Origin: a virus
Strand: one strand, 5' to 3'
Virus record (IMG/VR): IMGVR_UViG_3300002175_000003
Coordinates: 1 to 48,631 of that record
Length of the DNA stretch: 48,631 nucleotides
The stretch's first letter is position 1, and each line of letters opens with the position of its first letter. Positions 9,194 through 16,900 of the stretch are shown in pieces. The position numbers and the translations under genes are program-made. The notes under the pieces are model-generated. The model saw only the letters and a program-made list of their open reading frames with translations, was not told the DNA's origin and ran no database searches.

Positions 9194-9256
9194 GGTTTGT
9201 CTCCGTTTGGTTGACCCACCAATGGGGCCGGATATACCAGCCCCATGAATTGATCA
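9194..9256. repeat. Intergenic element copy 1: stop codon + GC hairpin (9222-9246) + SD GGAGAC + ATG
   Basis: Aligns with 9716-9799: TTGATCA..ATGGGGC(C/T)GGTATATCCGGCCCCAT..GGGTCAA..ACGGAGACAAA(C/T)CATG when read on the minus strand. Confidence 0.85.
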
Positions 9257-9715
9257 AACAACAGAGGCCAATAACCTGCCCTTGCCGCCGATGAATTCGT
9301 ACGCGCTGATATTGCCGTGGTCGCTGATAACCGCGACAAAACCGCTGAAGCCGTCAGGCACCTTACCTAAATCATCGACTTTAAGGTCGCAATCTTCCAG
9401 AAAACTATCGATATCAAACCAATAGCCTTTCATTGATGTGCATTCCGGCGTCCCAAAATAAACCCATTGGTGGCCGGTCATTTTACGCGCGTACGAAGTA
9501 AGCGCGTCTTCAATTTGACAAATGGCGTCGTTGATTATTTGCCACTTGTCAACGTCCGTATCAGGAAGCTCAAGCGCTTCCCTAATTTCACTCGCGTATT
9601 TTAGCGCACGCTTGGTGCCGCACAATTCTCCTTCGTATGCATAGCTACTGGCGTCATCTTCCGCGTTACAAAAACCGCGGTCCCATATTTCTCCGTAGAT
9701 GATTTGATTAGTCAT
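9254..9715 (-). CDS. acidic hypothetical protein (153 aa); possible ArdA-like/DNA-mimic (weak)
   Basis: Start moved to the ATG at 9715, with the GGAGAC SD, because the upstream codons cover the hairpin repeat. D/E-rich. GYWFDIDSF loosely resembles the ArdA N-domain motif. Confidence 0.55.
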   Translation of the reverse strand: MTNQIIYGEIWDRGFCNAEDDASSYAYEGELCGTKRALKYASEIREALELPDTDVDKWQIINDAICQIEDALTSYARKMTGHQWVYFGTPECTSMKGYWFDIDSFLEDCDLKVDDLGKVPDGFSGFVAVISDHGNISAYEFIGGKGRLLASVV

Positions 9716-9799
9716 GATTTGTCTCCGTTGCCGGGTTTTCGAGCCATTATTGACCCACATATGGGGCCGGATATACCGGCCCCATAAATTGATCAATCA
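9716..9799. repeat. Intergenic element copy 2: stop codon + perfect 10-bp GC hairpin (9761-9785) + SD + ATG
   Basis: See 9194-9256. This copy has a 20-nt insertion between the hairpin and the SD. Confidence 0.85.
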
Positions 9800-10816
9800 T
9801 GCTGGAATGAGGACGGGCACCCGGTCATTGACGAGCGGCATCAGCAGCCCAACGGCTTTGCCCTTTAGGGCATCCCCACTGCCAAAATTGGCAGCGATAT
9901 CCCGCTGCGACTGCTCACTATCGCCACCACGAACTGACCGATCATGGTCGACATAGCGCGTAACAGCCTGGAGCGCCGACCACACTGTGCCGGCAGCCGC
10001 ACCCTCATGCACGCTAGTCCGATATGCACCGGCAAGCGCCTCGTAACGACCGCGCGTGCGAGTGGACAAATCCTCACTTTTTGTCTCGCGAGGAATGTCA
10101 AGAATGTCGAGGAAAAAGTCTCGAATTTCGCGTTTGTCCATTTTCTGGACGGCCATGGCGTCGCCGAGGCGTTTGTACGCCTCGACCGACTGCGCAAGTT
10201 GGGCTAATTCACGCGCCACTTGGCGTGCGTCAAACTTTGCTCGATGGGTTGTTTTTATCTGCGCACGCTTATCGGCATGCGCCAAATTGAGTGTATTTTG
10301 GCAGACAACGCGCGTGCATGTCATTTGATTAATTGTGGATTTTGTCGCGTCAAACGACGTGCTCATCAATACCCGAGCAGAATGTGCCTCACCGGCAATT
10401 TCCAAGCCGCCGTTAAATTTTGCAGTCGCCCAAATTTTTTCGCCCGCGCCCAAAGCGCCGGCAACATCGAGCGAAAACCGGCTATCGACAAGTACGTAGT
10501 CGTGGAACCATGATATCACTTCGCTTGGTTGCACGACTTGATACCCGTCCGACACGTAGCCGAGCGGATGGCCGGTATCACTACGGACAATAAAACATTG
10601 ACCGTCCACCCGCCTGAAGCGGGTAGACGGATCGAGATGGTCAAAACGCGGCCCTTCCAAAGCCGCTATCGCAGGCACCGGGATTGCTTCCCAGTCGAGA
10701 CCGGCACTGGTTATCCACTGATCGAGATCGGCACCAGCGGGCATCTCTGTGCCTATGCGGTGCCACACATCCTCCCTCGATCCCAAAAAAGCGATGCTGT
10801 TGATATTGGCGGTCAT
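9797..10816 (-). CDS. DUF932 / TIGR03299 phage-plasmid-like protein
   Basis: N-terminal pattern SIAFLGSREDVWHRIG..LDWEA, typical length and overall pattern. Start at the ATG 10816 with GGAGAT upstream. Confidence 0.7.
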   Translation of the reverse strand: MTANINSIAFLGSREDVWHRIGTEMPAGADLDQWITSAGLDWEAIPVPAIAALEGPRFDHLDPSTRFRRVDGQCFIVRSDTGHPLGYVSDGYQVVQPSEVISWFHDYVLVDSRFSLDVAGALGAGEKIWATAKFNGGLEIAGEAHSARVLMSTSFDATKSTINQMTCTRVVCQNTLNLAHADKRAQIKTTHRAKFDARQVARELAQLAQSVEAYKRLGDAMAVQKMDKREIRDFFLDILDIPRETKSEDLSTRTRGRYEALAGAYRTSVHEGAAAGTVWSALQAVTRYVDHDRSVRGGDSEQSQRDIAANFGSGDALKGKAVGLLMPLVNDRVPVLIPA

Positions 10817-10868
10817 TGTGGTATCTCCGTAGTTGGGTTTGGTTGTGGGTTTGGTTGATTTACGCAAC

Positions 10869-10901
10869 AAAAAACCTCCCTCGGTGCGAAACCGAGGGAG
10901 G
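10869..10901 (-). terminator. Rho-independent terminator (minus strand)
   Basis: 11-bp stem CCTCCCTCGGT / ACCGAGGGAGG, 5-nt loop, then T6 on the minus strand. Followed on the plus strand by a (GT)6 run at 10901-10912. Confidence 0.8.
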
Positions 10902-10912
10902 TGTGTGTGTGT

Positions 10913-11539
10913 TCACTGATTGTAGAGCCCATAGTGGGCCCCGACGCAATTTGCGGCCGTAATGGCCGCACGCTCATGAAGCCCACGCCAGTAGTCGGCC
11001 TGCTCGGCCGCTTCGAGCTGGCTGTGCAGCCACTTATTAATGTGGCTGCGAACTAACTCATCGTTGTCTGGGTTTTTGTTACCTATAAGAAGCACCTGAA
11101 GTACGAGACGGTCACGGTATTGGGACACAGTGTCCCAAAAATACTCTATCGCCTGGCGCCGCCGGCGCCTCCTGCGAGCCGGTTCGCGGATAGGACGATT
11201 GGGCTGACCGTCCGAACTGGCGTGCCAGTGTTCACTGCCCGGCAGCGGCCTGACCGGCGTCCCGTAAGACGCCGTGGTCATATTCATTATTTTTTCGTGG
11301 CGCTCAAGGAGGTCGACGGCACGGTCATAGACCGTGACCGTGTCGCGAGCCGTCAGTCCAAAACGCCGGCAAACTGCCCGCGTTAGATCGGCTAAGAACT
11401 TTTCATTTAGCTGCCATACTTCACAATTGTGGAATTCTTTTAGGTCCCGCACAACTCGGGCAGTCTGAGCGACTGCCCGAGTGAGCGCCTGGCGGCGCTC
11501 GGCGAAAAACTCTTTATTCAATTCCCTGACTTTCCTCAT
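10913..11539 (-). CDS. hypothetical protein (208 aa), first gene of the leftward arm
   Basis: ORF track. AGGGAG SD upstream. Internal R-rich stretch RRRRRRQ. Confidence 0.6.
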   Translation of the reverse strand: MRKVRELNKEFFAERRQALTRAVAQTARVVRDLKEFHNCEVWQLNEKFLADLTRAVCRRFGLTARDTVTVYDRAVDLLERHEKIMNMTTASYGTPVRPLPGSEHWHASSDGQPNRPIREPARRRRRRRQAIEYFWDTVSQYRDRLVLQVLLIGNKNPDNDELVRSHINKWLHSQLEAAEQADYWRGLHERAAITAANCVGAHYGLYNQ

Positions 11540-11650
11540 TTTAACTACTCCCTAATTAGATACCGTCCCTATTGACGGCGCATGCATTTAATAGCTGCAT
11601 TAATTAGTGCGGTCAACTCAACAAGCTCAAATTTTTTATCTTCAGTAAAA

Positions 11651-11951
11651 TCAATGGGTTAGCTAGGCAGCTCAAATGGCAAAAATGTTGATGACCGCGC
11701 GCTGATTCGTTAAAAATAGCCAAGTAAAATCAGTCACTTAGACGAGCCGTACACAAGTGATTTGACTGCTAAAACTCAGTACTCTTTAGCAATCTCAAGC
11801 GCTTAGGTCATGCCCGCATTAGATACCGCTGCAAATCGACAAGTTGTTGAGCAATTTCAGATACTTAGCCAGTTTGCATGCACAGACTGCATGGCTGGTA
11901 TGTGGTTTTAGCATGGAAACTTCAAAGACCGCTGCAAGATCAAGGGGTTAG
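11651..11951 (+). repeat. Iteron-like array: 6 direct copies of AG(Y)AAWW-TCA(R)N4-6TTAG
   Basis: Copies at 11651-11662, 11730-11741, 11776-11789, 11794-11805, 11857-11868 and 11940-11951. All are in the same orientation, in a stretch with no ORF of 60 aa or more. Confidence 0.6.
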
Positions 11952-12183
11952 TCGAGTTTTAATGGCAGGCGTGCAAAATTGAGTATGCGGCTGTTTACCG
12001 CCGTACGTAAAGAGCATGTGTACGGGTGGTATGAGAGTGTAGTTTTTATTTACCGATATCGATTGCCCCAAATTATAGTAAATCGTCTATGAAAACAGAA
12101 TCCGAAATTCTTCAATGATATCAATAAACGTACACGGTTTGTTCACGGCGTTTTGAATAGGGTGTTGAAATTTTTGAAACTTT

Positions 12184-12259
12184 AATCTGATTACCTCCAC
12201 AAACTATCGGTTATAATTCGCTATAATTACGACTGTCAGTTTCGTGGAGGTATCTGATT
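12184..12259. promoter_or_regulatory. Imperfect 16/17-nt inverted repeat (core TACCTCCAC / GTGGAGGTA) flanking two TATAAT boxes
   Basis: AATCTGATTACCTCCAC ... GTGGAGGTATCTGATT. TATAAT at 12212-12217 and 12222-12227. TTGAAA is duplicated upstream but not at canonical spacing. Confidence 0.5.
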
Positions 12260-12442
12260 TTGCCTACCTTATGATACCAATTTAATTAAGTCACTGCTAG
12301 AGAGGGACTTATTGAATTATGAATGAAAAGTTGTTTGTTTCTATCATAACGGAAGGACAAAAATAGAACATCTGGCTAACCTATTGATTCCTCGTCAACC
12401 GAAAGTTGCTGAAAAAACGAAGTTTTTCAAATATCGATTCGA

Positions 12443-12478
12443 CCAAAACCGACTTAGAGCGGTCTTTGGCCTGTTTTT
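12443..12478 (+). terminator. Putative rho-independent terminator (plus strand)
   Basis: 9-bp stem with one bulge (CCAAAACCG / CGGTCTTTGG), 8-nt loop, then CCTGTTTTT. Convergent with the stop of 12492..12971. Confidence 0.45.
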
Positions 12479-12491
12479 ATCAATACCTCCG

Positions 12492-12971
12492 CTAATCTGA
12501 GGCAATTCTCCTCAAACCCGACTCTAATAATCGGTGCATTTTGAGCTTTGGCACGCTTCTGAGTAGCTGATGAAATTGCACCGGCGCAAGCCGATTAGCT
12601 GCCCAAAGTAATTTTAGTAGCGTGCGGTCGTTAAAAATTGTGCCAATAATTCCCTCGGCGCGGCCAATTTTCATTCGCGCTTTAATCCGCTCAATCGGAT
12701 TATTGGACGCTCTAAGCGTGCACTCTGCAGTCTCATATGAAATGCAGGAGGCCATTACGACGTCGCACAGGTGCTCAATCGCCTTAGCTTCTTCGTAGTG
12801 GAGCGCGGTCAATCGAGGCGCCCTGACCGGCTGCAAAGTCGAGGTGCCCGATTTAATCTCCGGTCCGATAATCTCCACCTCGCGCGTACTATTTATTGCG
12901 GCATATAATTCCTGATTATTGGAATATAATTTTAATTCATTGCTAAAACTATATGGTACTAGATTATTCAT
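12492..12971 (-). CDS. hypothetical protein (159 aa); C-terminus resembles the C-terminal catalytic-E region of a DDE transposase (remnant?)
   Basis: Start set to the ATG at 12971 with AGGAGC 7 nt upstream. SNNPIERIKARMKIGRAEGIIGTIFNDRTLLKLL resembles the NPIER..K.....G.F......L.L block of IS256/IS5-type transposases. AT-rich codon usage. Confidence 0.45.
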   Translation of the reverse strand: MNNLVPYSFSNELKLYSNNQELYAAINSTREVEIIGPEIKSGTSTLQPVRAPRLTALHYEEAKAIEHLCDVVMASCISYETAECTLRASNNPIERIKARMKIGRAEGIIGTIFNDRTLLKLLWAANRLAPVQFHQLLRSVPKLKMHRLLESGLRRIASD

Positions 12972-13032
12972 GGCGTGGGCTCCTATATCATCGTACCTTT
13001 TTCTACACCAGGGTACGGTGGGGTTGGCGGGA

Positions 13033-13044
13033 GGGGGGGGGGGG
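13033..13044 (+). repeat. G12 homopolymer (C12 on the minus strand) inside a G-tract cluster at 13020-13056
   Basis: Counted directly. Lies 62-73 nt upstream of the ATG at 12971. Confidence 0.9.
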
Positions 13045-13076
13045 CGGTCGCCGGGGCAAACTGAACCTCTCCCAAA

Positions 13077-13217
13077 CCCCAATTTTTAGACCCCTGAATT
13101 TTAGTAGGGTACCAGGGTAGTCACCCCAATTTTTAGACCCCTGAATTTTAGTAGGGTACCAGAGTAGTCACCCCAATTTTTAGACCCCTGAATTTTAGTA
13201 GGGTACCAGGGTATTCT
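13077..13217 (+). repeat. Three tandem 47-bp repeats (CCCCAATTTTTAGACCCCTGAATTTTAGTAGGGTACCAGGGTAGTCA)
   Basis: Copies start at 13077, 13124 and 13171. There is one mismatch in copy 2, and copy 3 diverges in its last 4 nt. Confidence 0.95.
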
Positions 13218-13270
13218 CGACATAGCCAGCAGGGATATGGTATTCGACACCGCTCCCAGGAGGCCACCTC

Positions 13271-13456
13271 ATGACTCCATTCTACATAATCGACAGCGAC
13301 GGCAAGATTTGCCCCGTCGCCACCTGCTTCGATAAAGACGGCAATGAGACGCTCGACGAATCCAAGATAGAAACAGCGGTCTATTGCAATCCGAACCGGG
13401 GTATGCATCCTTGGGTTGCAGTCAGAAATCCCAGAAATTTACACAGGAGACACTGA
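13271..13456 (+). CDS. hypothetical protein (61 aa), first gene of the rightward late arm
   Basis: AGGAGG lies 7 nt upstream of the ATG. Confidence 0.6.
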   Translation: MTPFYIIDSDGKICPVATCFDKDGNETLDESKIETAVYCNPNRGMHPWVAVRNPRNLHRRH

Positions 13457-13457
13457 A

Positions 13458-13922
13458 ATGCGAATGAAACTACAGGCTCAGTATGCCGAAGAACTTGATC
13501 TCCTAGGCGCGGCCGCCCTGGCCTTGCGGTCAGAAATGGACGACTTTCTGGCTGCTCAGATGGTCCGGCGGCAGGACATTGTTTCCCGATCGCGCGCGGT
13601 CTGGGACGTGATTAAGAAGGAGTACGGACTGGAGGGAAATTTTCAGTACATTCCCGGCGGTTTTATTGAATCGGTTGAAGAGCCGAAGGCCTCGGCTCCT
13701 TCCCGCCAGCCTCGCGACCCGACTGACCAGATGATTAATTCCGAGTTGGCAAGGCGGGGGCAATCCGGACAGCCCGGACAATCCGGACAACCCGGGCAGC
13801 CCCAGCAGCCACAGCAATTCGACATGGCTGGAACAATAGGTCTTCAAGAAGGACCAGTCAGACCAGTTTCCCCGCAACCTCAAATCCCTCAACTTCTACC
13901 CGGTTCGACTGCAACCCAGTAG
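13458..13922 (+). CDS. hypothetical protein (154 aa) with GQ(S/P) repeat
   Basis: Start at the ATG 13458 with AGGAGA 7 nt upstream, one nt after the previous stop. GQSGQPGQSGQPGQPQQPQQ repeat. Confidence 0.6.
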   Translation: MRMKLQAQYAEELDLLGAAALALRSEMDDFLAAQMVRRQDIVSRSRAVWDVIKKEYGLEGNFQYIPGGFIESVEEPKASAPSRQPRDPTDQMINSELARRGQSGQPGQSGQPGQPQQPQQFDMAGTIGLQEGPVRPVSPQPQIPQLLPGSTATQ

Positions 13923-13978
13923 TTGTGATAGCCTTCCCCGCGGTCGTGACTATTCAGACCGCGGCGGGAGGTATTATT

Positions 13979-16900
13979 ATGGCCAGTGGCGATCTTTTTG
14001 ACGGCGAAGACCAGTTTGAAGGCGGTCTTTACACGCCGGAAAAATTTGAGTGGAAGCCATACGGCAGTTCTACCTCTTCTACCCCTGAGCCCACTCCTTC
14101 TCCTACTCCGGCTGCGGCTCCCGATGCTCCCCTGCCAAGGGCAAGACCCGCCATTCCCGCGGAGGATTCTCCCAGGACTACCCAGTCTTCCCAGACGAGT
14201 GAGCCTGGACAATCTGGCCAGCCAATTTCTTTGGCGCCTTCCAATCCAATCCAGTTGACTCCGACTCCCTCTACTCCCCAGACCCAAGCTGCTCAGGCTC
14301 AACCTGTTCAAACCCCGACTCCTCAAACTCAGGCCGAGCTGGCAAAGAATTCTGCGGCTGCGAAGAACCTGAATGAGGAGAGGGAAGCGTATGTGAAAGC
14401 TTTGGCTTCGGTAGACAGGCAACTTGCTACGGCGCAAAACAAGCCCCTTATTTTTCTGAAAAATTTAGGTGGCATAAATACCTCGTACTCAGACGAAGAC
14501 ATAGCAAAACTGGATGCACGCCGCGGGGAACTGTTCGGAAAGTTGCAAGAAATTGATAAGCAGATAGAAGCGCTTAAAACAGCCAATACGCATGCTTCAC
14601 AGATGGGCGTGTTGCCAAGGACCGCCGGTCAGAACCTGGAAAGTGTCTACTATGATGCCGGGCCAAAGATGGCTGAGGGAAACGTCAGTACGGCGCTGAA
14701 TCTGGCCAGGGCAAAAGATGACGACACTCTCGGGAATGAGGTGAAAGCGGCTGCGAGAAATTCGTACAATAACAACCTGTATAAATTCTTGCCGGCTCTC
14801 AACCGTACGTTGAACAGTGCCGACGCCGCGGTCGGGGAGCTTGATAAGGTAGCGGCCGCCGGTCAGGGCAGGTACGACGAAGCGCGACCGGCCTTGCAGG
14901 CTGAATTTGATAGGTTGACAGCAAGCGCGGGGGTGGCGGAGGTTAAATTGCCGACCGGTCCCGGCAGCGCTTTGAAAGCGGCCGGAGCAGTCGAAACTTT
15001 GAGGTACCAACTTTCTGCCGCGAGGCAGTTATGGGGGAGCCAACTCCAGCAATTCAGTTTGCAGACGAGTTTTACCGCACCGCCGGCTAAAGACATGAAA
15101 GACGTGGATGCGCAATGGCGTCCTGCTTTCAACGTGGGCAATATCGTCCCGGGCACGGGAACGATCGTCATTCCGGAAGACTCCCAGAAAAACCCGTACG
15201 TAGGGCTGAATCTTGGAACCGGAACGGGCGCGTGGGTCAAGACCAATAACTTTGACGAAAGCCCATTCGGACGGGACGGTCAGAGGTCATTGGCGTCAAT
15301 TGACGACGAGAAAAGGATACGTGGAAACATAAACAGCCAGGCAAATGCCCAGATGCTCAGGGAGGGCGTGGCGTTCTCGGTCTTGCATAGTTTGACCAAG
15401 GCGGCGGATAAAGAAGGATGGGATAATGCCAGTACGGTTCAGCACGTAAAGAGCCAACTGGACTCATTGAGCCGAGGCGGCAGCCGAGGTGCGGCCTCAA
15501 CGCCAGGGGTGGCTAAATTCATGGAACGGCTGAATGGCCTTCCGCAAGACATGATTGATAAGATAGATACGCAACTCGCTTCATTCAACTCAGTATTGGC
15601 AGGGACGCCAACTGGCCAGCGCATTTCTAATGCGACCATAGGGCAGTTGAAAAACGCGATTAACAACATCTACGCAGCGCGTATGGACGCGATAGGGAGC
15701 ACGCTCGGGGGAGACGCGAGAGAAGCGGGCAGCCTCGGGTTGCCTATTAGTCGGCTTGGCGTGTCGAGGGACATACAGGATGTCGTCCGACCCCATTGGG
15801 AAGCAGGACGGCGTGAAACATTAGAGAACCTTTTTAATGCGGACTACGTTGTCGATAGTGGCGGTCGATTGGTATTGCGGCAGCCTATGGTCACAGGCGT
15901 GGGGGAGAAACCGGCTGAAAGGGCATGGGTTAAAGGATACTCGCCAACATGGCCCGATCCTTTTGCCGAACCCGCTCAGACCGCAACCCAAACTCCCCAG
16001 GCTGCAACTCAAACTCCACCCGCAACTCGAACTCCCCAAACTCCTCAGACCGCGGAGCCCACTGAAGAGCCGGAACCCAGAATCCTCTACCAAGAACAGC
16101 AACAGCCCTCCCCAGCTTCTTCAACCTCTCCGGAAGGCGGGGGTGCGTTGGCAATGTCTCCAGGGCTTGCCGCCGCGAGGGCAGTTACTGCCCCGACGAC
16201 TCCAACAACTCCCCAGCCCGAAACCCCTGCTACTCCGGCGACCCCGACAACTCCAACGACCCCTGCCACCCAGCCAGAAGCCAGCAACCAATGGCAGCGA
16301 GGGATGAACCCGACGGCTTGGTATGAGGGCGACAAGGACAGGCCTATCGCCTACATCGCGGCGGGGAAGAAGGACGCTTACATTCATCGTTTTGGCAGGG
16401 AAGAAGGCGAAAAACGCTACCAGGAAGATGTTCGGCATCTTTCGGAAACGGCGCGCGCCCGCGGAGCCGTCCCGGTCGTGCTGGCGCCAACATCGGACCA
16501 GGCGTCGCAACAGAGGGAGTTGGAAAAAGAGCTTCAGCAGGCGCGAAAGGATCACCGGAAAGCTTTCGTCGTTTCGCATAGCTTGGGAAGCTACTCCGCG
16601 CGACGCTTGATAAGGGACATGCATTATTCTGACGTCGTTCCGGAAGGAAACTGGATCGGTACCGGCATTACGGATAGAAACGAAGACGTCAACAATGAGT
16701 TGCGGTCCCATGGGGCGAGGGATCATTTTGACCTGCCGCGCGCTATGGCCGAGAAGGCGTGGCGAGAAAGGCAAAGCAGGGCTCCCGAAGCGGCTCCGGG
16801 AACTCCAGGAGCCTCAGAAGCTCCGAACGAACAACCCCAACAGATTGCTTTTCGGAGCGAAGAAGCCGGCCAGCCAGCTAAGCCGATGACCCCAGAAGCG

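Noticed and set aside
10901-10912. (GT)6 microsatellite as a phase-variable element
   Set aside because: It is short, lies just downstream of the stop codon of the 208-aa gene (10913..11539) and abuts the terminator stem. There is no coding or promoter-spacing consequence apparent.
11540-12491. tRNA or other known structured RNA genes in the ORF-free region
   Set aside because: I saw no T-loop (GGTTCGAATCC-like) or cloverleaf arrangement, and nothing resembling tmRNA or a group I intron core by eye. I cannot exclude a novel ncRNA (see the 12184-12478 finding).
12972-13082. N-terminal extension of ORF 12492..13082 through the C12 tract, encoding PPPPP
   Set aside because: The internal ATG at 12971 has an AGGAGC SD at ideal spacing. 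The extension is GC-rich, low-complexity sequence of different composition from the AT-rich gene.
13077-13217. Possible CRISPR array, given a regular 47-bp periodicity
   Set aside because: The repeats are directly contiguous with no unique spacers, there are only three copies, and no cas genes are present. This is a plain tandem repeat.
13148-13408. Minus-strand 86-aa ORF
   Set aside because: It spans the 47-bp tandem repeats and overlaps the well-supported plus-strand ORF 13271..13456 (AGGAGG SD). It is most likely spurious.
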